DNA of 51,699 nt from Octopus bimaculoides (Eukaryota): the NCBI RefSeq assembly GCF_001194135.2, contig NC_068991.1, positions 17,446,996-17,498,694 of the forward strand, read 5' to 3'. Within the stretch, counting starts at the first letter, position 1; each line of letters opens with the position of its first letter. Shown in pieces: positions 27,116-39,085 of the stretch. The notes beneath the pieces were generated by a model that searched no databases, had not been told where the DNA came from, and was given only the letters and a program-made list of their open reading frames with translations. Position numbers and translations under genes: made by a program.

Positions 27116-28197
27116 CTGAAGTAAAGAAGAAAGGTATATGTTTAGTTTTTATTGAAGCAAACAGATAGAAATTAAAATTACACACAAAACAAGCAACTAT
27201 AGTTACACTTACATATACAGTTTATTGACTGAGGTTGTACAGGTAATATACTGTACTAGAGTGTTATCTGTCCTATAACAGGTGATGTTATATAGGTAAC
27301 AATTATAATTATACAGTTTTTCAAATTTCTTGGTGCATACAAACTAACAAAATAGAAACTAATTTTCAAAATTAAAATCAAATCAAATAAAATATAACAT
27401 TCTCATCAGTATTCTTTTATTTGTTTCAGTCAATTTGACTGCGACCATGCTAGAGCACTGCCTTTGAGGGTTTTAGTCAAAGAAATCACTCTCCGGACTT
27501 ATTCTTTGTAAGCCTAGTACTTATTCTATTTAGCTGCTCTTTCTGGCAGGTCACACAACTATGCGGAACCTTTCTTGCTGGTTTAGTTGGTAAAGGTGAA
27601 AAGGTTAAGTTTTATATATATATATATATATATNNNNNNNNNNNNNNNNNNNNNNNNNNNNNNNNNNNNNNNNNNNNNNNNNNNNNNNNNNNNNNNNNNN
27701 NNNNNNNNNNNNNNNNNNNNNNNNNNNNNNNNNNNNNNNNNNNNNNNNNNNNNNNNNNNNNNNNNNNNNNNNNNNNNNNNNNNNNNNNNNNNNNNNNNNN
27801 NNNNNNNNNNNNNNNNNNNNNNNNNNNNNNNNNNNNNNNNNNNNNNNNNNNNNNNNNNNNNNNNNNNNNNNNNNNNNNNNNNNNNNNNNNNNNNNNNNNN
27901 NNNNNNNNNNNNNNNNNNNNNNNNNNNNNNNNNNNNNNNNNNNNNNNNNNNNNNNNNNNNNNNNNNNNNNNNNNNNNNNNNNNNNNNNNNNNNNNNNNNN
28001 NNNNNNNNNNNNNNNNNNNNNNNNNNNNNNNNNNNNNNNNNNNNNNNNNNNNNNNNNNNNNNNNNNNNNNNNNNNNNNNNNNNNNNNNNNNNNNNNNNNN
28101 NNNNNNNNNNNNNNNNNNNNNNNNNNNNNNNNNNNNNNNNNNNNNNNNNNNNNNNNNNNNNNNNNNNNNNNNNNNNNNNNNNNNNNNNNNNNNNNNN

Positions 28198-28346
28198 GTT
28201 AGGAAGGACATCCAGCTGTAGAAACTCTGCCAAATCAGATCGGAGCCTGGTGTAGCCACCTGGTCCACCACTCCTCAGTCAAATCGTCCAACCCATGCTA
28301 GCATGGAAAGCGGATGTTAAACGACGATGATGATGATGATGATGAT
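28198..28346 (+). mobile_element. SINE family B 3' part after gap
   Basis: gttaggaaggacatccagctgtagaaac...gttaaacgacgatgatgat. Confidence 0.85.
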
Positions 28347-29185
28347 AAACACATAAGTATTGCTAGTGATGGAAAACGGTAGTGAGGGAGGGGGGGATAC
28401 ATTAGGACATTTTAATATATACGATATAATATACAAATAAGCCTGGGTAAATGTAAAAGATTCAAGTGAGTCATTATAAAGCTTAAGTGATCCTTGCCTT
28501 ACAGAATCCTCTCAATATAGCATCTATTCAAGTGACAGCTCACAGCGAGTAAGGGAAAATATATCTATGAAAACATTTGGTTGTATTATGTGGGCATTTT
28601 GGAGGAAAACACAAATTTGAGAGAAAGAAAATGCAAGAATCAACAAGCAAATAATTGAAATCTTATTAGATTCAGTACAGATGGTATTATGTTTTCTCTT
28701 TATAACCATCTGGAATCTATAAATGGAAGTTGTGTATCAGCACCGATTTTAATAAACTTTTTCTTTGTTCTTTTTGGCTAATCATATGCCAATTCTGTGC
28801 TTTTGAATATCTCTAGAATGAAAAAAAAAATCCCTTACTTGAGAAAGAGGTAAGAGTTCGTGACAGGAAGAGCATATGTATGGCTTCAAAAAATCCTACC
28901 TTAAATACACTCTGCCCCCACTACCATCTAACCCATGTTAGTATGGAAAAATGGATGTTAAACGGACAAACAAAAAGTAGCTATGATTAATAATTTACAG
29001 TAAATAAATATTTAGTAACAAGTGAAACAATTCTACCTTCACCAAACCATAAAAGAAGTTACATTTTCCTTAGTTCGTCCATTTTTTTGTCATTTATATA
29101 AATACATCATCATACATCTATCACCATTAGTTTTATGAATGTAAGAATCCTAAAGTAATATAGTTTGATGAAATATCCATCTTAC

Positions 29186-29229
29186 CTATCAGCAGTTTTG
29201 ATAAAATCCCAACTCTTTGCCTCACCATT
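29186..29229 (-). CDS. NUDT14: NUDT14 exon 2b: NGEAKSWDFIKTAD(S)
   Basis: Acceptor actttttttctatag, donor AG|gtaaga; 44 nt, phase 0 to 2; aligns to human NGAQKSWDFMKTHDS. Confidence 0.92.
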
Positions 29230-30525
29230 CTATAGAAAAAAAAGTTTTATATATCAATATTATAAAATACAATTTATCGTACATATGACAAACCTTTGAT
29301 ATCTTTAATTTTATTTAATTTAAATAAGCTCTAAGCAGAAACAAGATAGTAATTTCTATTCACAAAGTACAATGCTAATTGTTCTACTGTAGATACTACA
29401 ATTGACTAAATTGACTATATATGTATCTTACCATATTACTGGTGCTTCATCAACGAGGAAGTCTCTAGTACAAATAGCAGGCAAATCTTCCACAAATCAC
29501 ACCCTAATGCCTTAAAAAAGACAGACACATTAAATAATGTAGTCACAAATACTTCCAAAAAAGTCAGGAAGGCCCCTGCTAGACTCACCTTGATCATAAA
29601 TTTGCTCAATCAAAGTTGACCTGGGGCTAAACAACATGACCAACTAATGATTTATTTACCAAACTCTGAGAGGATGGCAAGCAAAATTTCTTTGGTGGAA
29701 TTTGTACAAAGGTGGCCAATTTGGCAAAATTGTTAGAGTGCTGGAACTAATAACTTGCATTTGTTTCAGCTTTTATGTTCTGAGTTCAAATCCTACCAAA
29801 GTCAACTTTGCCTTTCACTATTCTGGGTTTGATAAAATAAAATACTAGTCCTAGGAAAGATTTTTTGGAGAACTGAACAAAAAAATCTTGGGGTATTTAT
29901 ATCCAGTTCTATAAGATCTGTCAACCAGGATATTTGTGAGAAACATGTCTGTATCTTGTTGACAGAATGGCGTCAGGAAGGCAAACTACTTTTGTATTCT
30001 TCTATTAAAGAAGTCACCATGGGTTGTTGCTTAACCTGATGTGCTCAAAAGAAATTAACGCATCGCATCCAGTATATATATATACACATAAAAATGAAAG
30101 GGAGTAAAAATTGCTTGGATTTTTCTAACTAAATATTTGGACGGAAATCAAACCACTGTCTCCTCTCTCTGCCTTTTCTACCACTACTACCCCCATTTCT
30201 GACTATAACTCACTCTCCCCACACAATTGTGCAACCTCTACCCCTTCCCCATCCTCTTCTCTCACTTTCCTAGTCTCCTTCTTGTACTTTAAGGGCACAC
30301 TCTAACATCTTGTCACCAACATCTTTATCTCTCTCTTCCCAGCTTCAACCTGTTTATTCCCAGCCATCATCATATAATACAAGGTAGCCATGTGTCTCCT
30401 GTAGAGCAAGGAACCTGTTCATGTCCCTTCTTTCGTACTTTAACCTCTCAACACTTAGCATTAAGCTACCTCCTTCTCTATGAATTTGGAAATGTTGATC
30501 CAGTTACCCTTCCAAAATACTTTCC

Positions 30526-30697
30526 AGAGAGAGAGACAGAGAGAGACAGAGACAGAGAGAGAGAGACAGACAGACAGACAGAGAGAGAGACAGACAGACA
30601 GACAGAGAGAGAGACAGACAGACAGACAGAGAGAGAGAGACACAGAGAGAGAGAGACACAGAGAGAGAGACACAGAGAGAGAGACACACACAGAGAG
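30526..30697. repeat. (GA)n/(GACA)n compound microsatellite
   Basis: Directly visible; source of the RETDRQ-type ORFs. Confidence 0.95.
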
Positions 30698-31298
30698 AAT
30701 GTGTGTGTGTGTGTCTGTGATGATGAGAATGTAAGTAACTTATGACNNNNNNNNNNNNNNNNNNNNNNNNNNNNNNNNNNNNNNNNNNNNNNNNNNNNNN
30801 NNNNNNNNNNNNNNNNNNNNNNNNNNNNNNNNNNNNNNNNNNNNNNNNNNNNNNNNNNNNNNNNNNNNNNNNNNNNNNNNNNNNNNNNNNNNNNNNNNNN
30901 NNNNNNNNNNNNNNNNNNNNNNNNNNNNNNNNNNNNNNNNNNNNNNNNNNNNNNNNNNNNNNNNNNNNNNNNNNNNNNNNNNNNNNNNNNNNNNNNNNNN
31001 NNNNNNNNNNNNNNNNNNNNNNNNNNNNNNNNNNNNNNNNNNNNNNNNNNNNNNNNNNNNNNNNNNNNNNNNNNNNNNNNNNNNNNNNNNNNNNNNNNNN
31101 NNNNNNNNNNNNNNNNNNNNNNNNNNNNNNNNNNNNNNNNNNNNNNNNNNNNNNNNNNNNNNNNNNNNNNNNNNNNNNNNNNNNNNNNNNNNNNNNNNNN
31201 NNNNNNNNNNNNNNNNNNNNNNNNNNNNNNNNNNNNNNNNNNNNNNNNNNNNNNNNNNNNNNNNNNNNNNNNNNNNNNNNNNNNNNNNNNNNNNNNNN

Positions 31299-31701
31299 TC
31301 TCTTTTACTCTTTTACTTGTTTCAGTCATTTGACTGCGGTCATGCTGGAGCACTGCCTTTAGTCGAGCAAATCGACCCCAGGACTTATTCTTTGGAAGCC
31401 TAGTACTTATTCTATCGGTCTCTTTTGCCGAACCACTAAGTTGCGGGGACGTAAACACACCAGCATCGGTTGTCAAGCGATGCTGGGGGGACAAAAACAC
31501 AGACACACAAACATATATATATATATATATATATACATATATACGACAGGCTTCTTTCAGTTTCCGTCTACCAAATCCACTCACAAGGCTTTGGTCGGCC
31601 CGAGGCTATAGTAGAAGACACTAGCCCAAGATACCATGCAGTAGGAATGAACCCGGAACCATGTGGTTGGTAAGCTAGCTACTTACCACACAGCCACTCC
31701 T
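31299..31701 (-). mobile_element. SINE family A, full length, between exons 2a and 2b
   Basis: High identity to 41616-41995 and 18428-18813. Confidence 0.9.
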
Positions 31702-31907
31702 ACTAAATGAAGAATTTAGTAAAATAACCTTGTTGTTATTAAGAGGGTGTTTGGAACATGAATTAACATGAAATTCTGGTGGAAGATTTTAGTTCAGATT
31801 ACTTTAACCCTTCAGTTATCATATTTAGTTATCAGATTGTTGGAATACACTACCTTTATTTTTTGAAAATAATGATGAATTTAGTATAAAAATAAACTTA
31901 TTATTAA

Positions 31908-32184
31908 CCCATTACCTCCCATAATTCTATTAACTGGAATTTTTTTTTACGAAACTTTGATTTCTAGCATAAAACAGCCTTAGAAACACGCTGGAATGAT
32001 TAAAATAACATTTCAAAATAACATTTTAAATAGAAATAAGCGAGATATTGGGTGAAAAATTAGCAAACCTCATTTGAATATCAGAGATATAGCAAAAAGT
32101 TTAGATATGTGTAAATATTGACAGATAATTACGAAATTTGTAATCTTTAAGTGATCTCATATGAGATCACTGGTAGGGAATGGG
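31908..32184. mobile_element. piggyBac-like MITE
   Basis: TTAA at 31904-31907 and 32185-32188; ends cccattacctccc vs cccattccctacc (reverse complement). Confidence 0.6.
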
Positions 32185-32921
32185 TTAAGCTGGTGTCTGG
32201 GTCATAAATTAATATGGAATTTTGATGGAAGATTTTGATTTGAAACAAGAAGTTTTTATCATTGAACCAGAGGTGGTCTCAGGCAGATTGGTATCAAAAA
32301 AAGTTAACTGAAAAGTATCCTAATTATAGAGAGGATGAATGTATCATAAAAAACAAAACAAAACACAACACATATATTACTTCAAACTACAAATTAGTAG
32401 TAAAAATATGGTTACAAAAATACAGTAGAATATAAAGCCACTTTGTCAACAAAGAACAAGGCTGCATAGTCACAGAATATACACAGGCAACCAATGTGTT
32501 ATACACATTTCAATAAAAAAAACATAGAAGCTTTAAACTTCATGGTTAAAACTGTTACATCTGTCACACAAGTATGGCCCTTTCTTGTTGGCTGATCATT
32601 CATTTTGCAACAAAGAGCCATTGCAATGCATTACAATACAGATCAAAAAACCAAATTAGATATAAAACTATTAGTTCTTAACACAACTATCTAATATGAA
32701 TTACAAGCATAGAGAGAAAAAAAAAGCAACAGAATCTTTATTAACAACAGAATACAAGCCAAAACTAACACAGAGACACACCACAGTATTTAAAAACTAA
32801 CAACAGTTACTGATTGCTGAAAGTAACTTTGGAGTTAACAGTTAAAATTTTAAACTTGGTGATAATGATGTCATCAGTATCAACAACATTCCCATTATCC
32901 ATGCTGCCTACTATCAACTGC

Positions 32922-33366
32922 GTGGAGGAGCAATGGCCCAGTGGTTAGGGCAGTGGACTCGTGGTCATAGGATTGCGGTTTCGATTCCCAGACCGGGTGT
33001 TGTGAGTGTTTATTGAGCGAAAACACTTAAAGCTCCACGAGGCTCCGGCAGGGGATGGTGGCGAACCCTGCTGTACTCTTCCATTACAANNNNNNNNNNA
33101 CGAGGCTCCGGCAGGGGATGGTGGCGAACCCTGCTGTACTCTTCCATTACAACTTTCTCTCACTCTTACTTCCTGTTTCTGTTGTGCCTGTAATTCAAAG
33201 GGTCAGCCTTGTCACACTGTGTCACGCTGAATATCCCCAAGAGCTACGTTAAGGGTACATTTGTCTGTGGAGTGCTCTGCCATTTGCATGTTAATTTCAC
33301 GAGCAGGCTGTTCCGTTGATCAGATCAACTGGAACCCTCGACGTCGTAAGCGACGGAGTGCTAACA
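32922..33366 (+). mobile_element. tRNA-derived SINE family C with 12-bp TSD
   Basis: A box tggcccagtgg, B-like ggtttcgattccc; TSD actatcaactgc at 32910-32921 and 33367-33378; the internal duplication at the 10-N gap is an assembly artefact. Confidence 0.9.
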
Positions 33367-35000
33367 ACTATCAACTGCACCAGAAAAATATTGCCACAGA
33401 TACTTGTACCCTTAATGTAATTCTCATGCAAATCAGCATGACACTGTGTGAAACAAGGCTGGCTCTTTGAATTACAGGTAGAGCATACCTCACAGGCTTC
33501 CATGCAGTTTCTATCCTACACAATTTCACTCACAAGACTTGCATTGACATGAGGCTATGATGGTAGAAACTATCTGAACCTTATGATTGGAAAGTGAAGT
33601 TTTTAGCCCTTTACCTATCTCTGTATATTATTACAAAACATTTTAATTTTATAGGTTAAACATTGTGGATTGTCCACGGCACCCATGTGTGTGTCTGTAT
33701 ATACACACACACACAGATTTCACATATGTACACACACACGTTTGAATTTAAACAAGGGGTTGGTATAGAGTAATCCATGTCCTCTTTCTCCTCCTCTCCA
33801 CCACCATCAACATCTTATATTTGCTTTCCATGAGTTGGATGGATTGTTGTGTTCTGAATTATTTTTTATCTGTAGTTACAACTTTCCTCGATGGGTCAGA
33901 GGACCATACCTTGCATATACATTTCATTCATGGCTCAGTTTCTATGGCTGGGTTCCCTTCCTGAAACTAATCACTCTACAATGACTGGTGGTAGGATGTC
34001 AATACATATAACAGAGTTAACTTTCATTTGAAGTTGAAGATTCACAACTGAGTTTTGGACTTCAGTTTTTCACTTCAACTGGAATTCAAAATTTTAAGGA
34101 TCAGACTTTGGCATTAGGAAAGCAGGAAGGGTATCCTGTCACAGAAACCATCCAATCTCTGCCAGCATGGATGGTGGACATTAAATGATGATGATAATGA
34201 CACTTTTATGACATCTCAAGGTCAGAGGCCAATAGCTTATAGCTTTATAAATTTGAACACAAGTATTTGAGATATAGCAACGTGATGGAAAATGGAAAGA
34301 GAGAGAGTGATGAAATGAAAGTGAGTGCGATGGTAACATATGATGTGAAATGCTCTGCCTAAATCCATCATACTGGGTAGTTGGGATTTTTTTCATATAT
34401 AAATTCTTGTATATACATGCATAAAGATATGTACAAACATGGAACTTTTTCTTTTATTATGGCTTAATTAGATGAGGAAGAGTTTAATCTATAGTCTTTG
34501 ATGATAGTGGTGGTGGTGGTGGTGGTGGTGGAATTATGATTCATAGATTACTGCAGCAGGAAGCAACACAACTCAAGCTATAGAGCTAGCCATCACACCT
34601 GAGACCAGGTGTGAATACGTGCAACAGACAAGTTCATTAAATAATATCTGATGCAATTTTGATGCAATTACTTTTGCATCAGATGTCCCTTAATTTACAA
34701 GGACATTACTCATGCACATGTATTTTTCAAATTCTAAAAACATAAAAGCTATGTCACATGTGCATATATTTTAATATTGGGATAAAGAATCTTTTTCGTG
34801 AGTCATTTCTCGGTGAACCTGCTGACTCTGATGACTCATTGCTTCTTGGCTGTCACCAGTATGCTTCATCAATCATACATTTGCACATGTGAACACTTCC
34901 AATATCTACCTGCAACACCATGCAAATAACAAAGAAAAAAAAACACAAATATGCACACAGGTAGACACACACAAGAAAAAATATTAGTGAAATTACCTAC

Positions 35001-35044
35001 CTATCGTGTTCTTTTAAAACATCTATGACTTTCTCTCGGTTATT
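35001..35044 (-). CDS. NUDT14: NUDT14 alternative exon 2a: NNREKVIDVLKEHD(S)
   Basis: Acceptor tttttaccccccactccag, donor AG|gtaggt; exactly 44 nt, phase 0 to 2, open frame; gap-free alignment to exon 2b and human exon 2 (N28, K32, D35, K38, D41, S42; H40 shared with human). Confidence 0.8.
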
Positions 35045-35399
35045 CTGGAGTGGGGGGTAAAAATTTATAATTATAATCTAGTCGTTCATGATGACGCAGA
35101 CAAGATTTCATCATACAACAACGATTTATTTGTTCTACAAACTACAACTGTTATGGCACATCCCACTATGGCCGAGCCAATGAGAGAGAGAGAGCTATTA
35201 TACTGTTACTTGACTTGTTAGATATGATAGCTAAATGTTCCTTAAAATCACACATTTGTCTTAAATAGAAAAAAAGGACATATTGGACAACGTAGCCTCT
35301 GACATACAAAAAGACTAGTGGGTCATGGTTGGAACATTTATGATGGTAGGTCTGCTCAACCAGGGCTGACTTTGAGCTAAACAACACTGCTGCAGCACT

Positions 35400-35740
35400 A
35401 TGCCATTTTAATCACTACAACATCACTACTATCTCAAAACCATGCATTGTTAACCACTACTATAAACATCACCACCACACTATGTTAACCACTATATTCC
35501 ACCACAACCATCACCACTATACCATGCCAATTACTGCAACAACCATCAGCATCACACCATGTTGCCTACTACAACATCAATACCACATTATGTCAACTAT
35601 TACAAAACCACTACAACTATCATCACCACACAATGCTAACCACTACAATACCAATACATCATATAAACCTACTACCGCACTCCATCATGTTAACCATTAC
35701 AAAACCACTATGTCAACATCACATCACTATTAACCACTAC
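35400..35740. repeat. CAC/TAC-rich degenerate trinucleotide low-complexity tract
   Basis: accactac/catcac reiterations; source of His/Thr-rich ORF 35482-35733. Confidence 0.7.
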
Positions 35741-36284
35741 AATACAACAGGAAAAAAAACATATATGTCTCCTTAGTTGCAGGTATAGATGTGGTTAAGT
35801 TTGTTATTCAACCACATGGTTCGGGGTTCAATTCCACTGTGCAGTACATTAAGCAAGTTTCTCTTATCATGATTCTGAGTCACTAATAGTTTGGTAGTGG
35901 ATAGGAATGAGAAGCTGGCTCTGGCCAATTTAAGCATAAACCCTTAAGCATCCAGATTACTTTGTCAAATGTATTAATTATTTATCCACATTGTTTTGAA
36001 TTAATCAAGTATTATCTTGCAACTTTGAGATTTCAATAATGTGATTGTATATTTTTTAGAATGGCATTATAGGACAGGTGTGAGAGGCAAGATCTGGCCA
36101 GTTTGAACATAAAACAGGTAGAATATTTGGGCCAGATATGGCTGTTTTAAATGCCTTTCCTGTCACCAACCCTCATAGGTTCCTAAGCAAGGCAATATTT
36201 CCCCATGGCCAGACATTCTAGTAGAATATTGAAAATTAACACTGCTTGTATGACAGTGATAATCATGTACAATTATGTTGTGAT

Positions 36285-36525
36285 GTCAAGACAAGGAGAC
36301 ACAAACACACAGACAGACACACACACACACATACACACTTACAAATACAATAGACTTTTTTTCAGTTCCTGCCGATCAAATCCACTCAGAAGGCTTTGGT
36401 TGGCCTGGGACCAAAGTAAAAGACACTTGCCTAAGGTTCCATGCAGTGGGACTGAACCCAGAACCATGTGGCTGGGAAGCACATGGTTCTGGGTTCAGTC
36501 GAACTTCTTACCACACAACCACACA
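36285..36525 (-). mobile_element. Degenerate SINE family A (5' part)
   Basis: aaatccactca.aaggctttgg...gacacttgcc.aagg...cagtgggactgaaccc. Confidence 0.7.
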
Positions 36526-36889
36526 CACACTACACACATATAATTGTGATTATTACCTGTGTGAGCATGTGCAGAACGCATGATTGACATGAGTGAGACA
36601 ATCACGAATACAGAAATCAAGATGGGGGAAAAAGAGAGAGAGAGAGACATAGCCGGAGACTGAGAGAAAGAGAAGGGAGACAGAAGACGGGAAAGAGTAG
36701 AAGTAGGAGAGATATAGGACAATTGTATATAGTACATGTTCGTGCATGCATGTATGGATGTGTAAATGTTTCATGTCATGTGTGTGTGTTTGTATGAGTA
36801 ATAGTGTATGCATTTGTGTATGTGTGCACTGATATATTTAGTCATGTAAACACATACAGTGTTCCAGCTTATATGACCATACATATGAA

Positions 36890-37210
36890 TATATCTTTTA
36901 TCTGTTTCAGTCATTAGACTGTGGCCATGCTGGGGTACCGCTTTAAAGAATTTTAGTTGAATGTATATCGAGTACTTATTTTTTTAAAAGTCTGATACTT
37001 ATTCTATTGGTCTCTTTTGACAAACTGCTAAGTTACAGGGACATAAACACACTAGCATTGGTGGGGGTAAAATAGACACAAAGACACACACACATAGATA
37101 TATGCACATACATATGACAGGCTTCTTTTAATTTCCTTCTGCCAGATCCACTCACAAAGCTCTGGTCAAACCAAGGCTATAGTAGAAGGCACTTGCTCAA
37201 GGCACCATGC
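36890..37210 (-). mobile_element. Degenerate SINE family A
   Basis: tgtttcagtcattagactgtggccatgctgg...ccactcacaaagc...ggctatagtagaagg. Confidence 0.75.
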
Positions 37211-37911
37211 ATACACACACACACACATTCATGTATGCATGCACATATAGTCCCCTCGCACTCTCTCCTGCTTGCTACTGTGGTTGCTTTGAGAATAGTC
37301 AGCAGAAATACTTGGCATTTGTTTAAGGACTTCCTAAAGTTTTAAGGTTGATATTTTTAGATCTTATATTTAAATCATCATCGTACCACCTGCCCCTCTT
37401 CCTCATCACCTAGCTTTCTCTCCTCCTCATCACTACCACCATCATCATAATATGCCTGCTTTCCATATTGTCTAAGGTGGACAAGTTATCATGATCTGAA
37501 TCAGTTCTTCAACAGGTCAGGGGATTACATCTTGCTAGTAGTTTCCAATTTTGACAGGATTTTTAATGCTGGATACCTTTGCTAACTAACACCAGTAACT
37601 TCACAGAATGTACCAAGTGCATTTTATTATAAAACCAACACCAGATAGGTTGGAATGCTCTTGATAAAACTAAAGGGCTCTCTTGACTCTGTGGTATCTC
37701 TATTTGCTCAAGGCAATATGACCAAAAGGAAGTGAACAGCGGATTGATGACAGTTGGGTCAAATGAGAGTGGGTGAGAGGAGCAAAAGAATGATGGGCAA
37801 AACAGTGTGATTTGGAGAGTGAAGGTGGAGTAATGGAAGAGTCATAGGGCAAGAAGGGGTAATGGAAGAGAGATAGTAAAGGCAGCTATATTTGCTGGTG
37901 TGTGTGTGTGT

Positions 37912-37950
<39 letters not shown>

Positions 37951-37991
37951 TGTAATTTTACCAACAAGAGATGGCCTAAGGAAGAGGGAAT

Positions 37992-38223
37992 TACGGTGGC
38001 GACCTGGCAGAAACGTTAGCTCGCAGAGCGAAATGCTTAGCGGTAATTCGTCTATCTCTACGTTCTGAGTTCAAACTCTGCCGAGGTCGACTTTGCCTTT
38101 CATCCTTTCGGGGTCGATAAATTAAGTACCAGTTAAGCACTGGGGTCGATGTAATCGACGTAATCCCTTTGTCTGTCCTTGTTTGTCCCCTCTATGTTTA
38201 GCCCCTTGTGGGCAATAAAGAAA
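37992..38223 (+). mobile_element. tRNA-derived SINE family D with 15-bp TSD
   Basis: gagttcaaac..gccgaggtcgactttgcctttcatcctttcggggtcgataaa core; TSD taaggaagagggaat at 37977-37991 and 38224-38238; older relatives near 10590, 29780, 44750, 47570 and 50870. Confidence 0.85.
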
Positions 38224-38605
38224 TAAGGAAGAGGGAATAATGGTAGAGCATGTCAGCTATGGACAAATCAGAGTCTACCACTCGTACATGTGTCTTGATA
38301 AGAGAGAGAGAGAGAAATAGAATGAATTTGGGTGCAGTAAAATACACAAAGGTCCAATACTATCGCTCATTACACGGTGTAATTCTTGAGTGTAAGAGAG
38401 ATGAGAAGGCCAGACAGATCCAATGCTGTTCACAGTTACATGGTAGCATAGAGGAATGAATTGGACTGGGAGTGAGTAGAAAAAGTGTAGGTGATGGACA
38501 GATGAATGATAGAGGAGAGGGTACAACGGGGCAAGGAAACGGCAGATCTGGGTTTAACAGGGATGTATTTGGTAAGAGAACTCTCTCCCTCTTTCTCTCT
38601 CTATA

Positions 38606-38682
<77 letters not shown>

Positions 38683-38789
38683 ACAGGCTAGTCAGTTATT
38701 TACCGTTGTCTCTTCAATCACAACAAAAGACACCCATTGCCAGGCACACTTTGTAGTTGTGCAATCCCCGAGTTACGCCAGTCTTATAT

Positions 38790-39085
38790 AATGTGGTTAA
38801 GAAGTTCACTTCACAACCATGTGGTTTGGAGTTCAGTTTCACTGTACGACACTGTAGACAAGTAACTTCTAACTAGATGTGTGTATGAGCGTGCCTGTGT
38901 TTTCATGTCTCTCACAGCTTCGACAATCGGTGTTGGTTTGTCTACGTTTCTATAGTTAGCGATTTGGCACAATAGGATAACGATAGTGCCAGACGTAAGT
39001 ACTGAGGTAAACTTGATCGACTAAACTCTAAGGTGGTGTCCCAGAATGGTCACAATCCAATGACTGTAATAAGTAAAAGAATAAT
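38790..39085 (+). mobile_element. Diverged SINE family A in + orientation, in NUDT14 intron 1
   Basis: tggttaagaagttc..caaccatgtgg...gagttcagt head and ...gatcgactaaa...ccagaatggtcacaatccaatgactg..aagtaaaaga tail. Confidence 0.65.

Noticed and set aside
26929-27168. + strand 79-aa ORF with a His run
   Set aside because: It is antisense to NUDT14 exon 3; the His and Lys runs come from intronic (CAC)n and poly-A tracts.
16924-31584. Long ORFs of 200-475 aa made mostly of X
   Set aside because: They merely span N gaps.
33039-33149. Tandem duplication inside the SINE-C copy
   Set aside because: The duplicate flanks a 10-N gap exactly, typical of an unmerged contig overlap.
33615-33658. Possible third exon 2 copy ending GATAG|gtaaag
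   Set aside because: No AG acceptor at the 44-nt position, the frame begins with TAA, and there is no similarity to 2a or 2b.
34760-34909. Frame VDIGSVHMCKCMIDEAYW*QPRS... as a selenoprotein or readthrough exon
   Set aside because: It is out of phase with exon 2a, has no recognisable homology, and I could not identify a SECIS.
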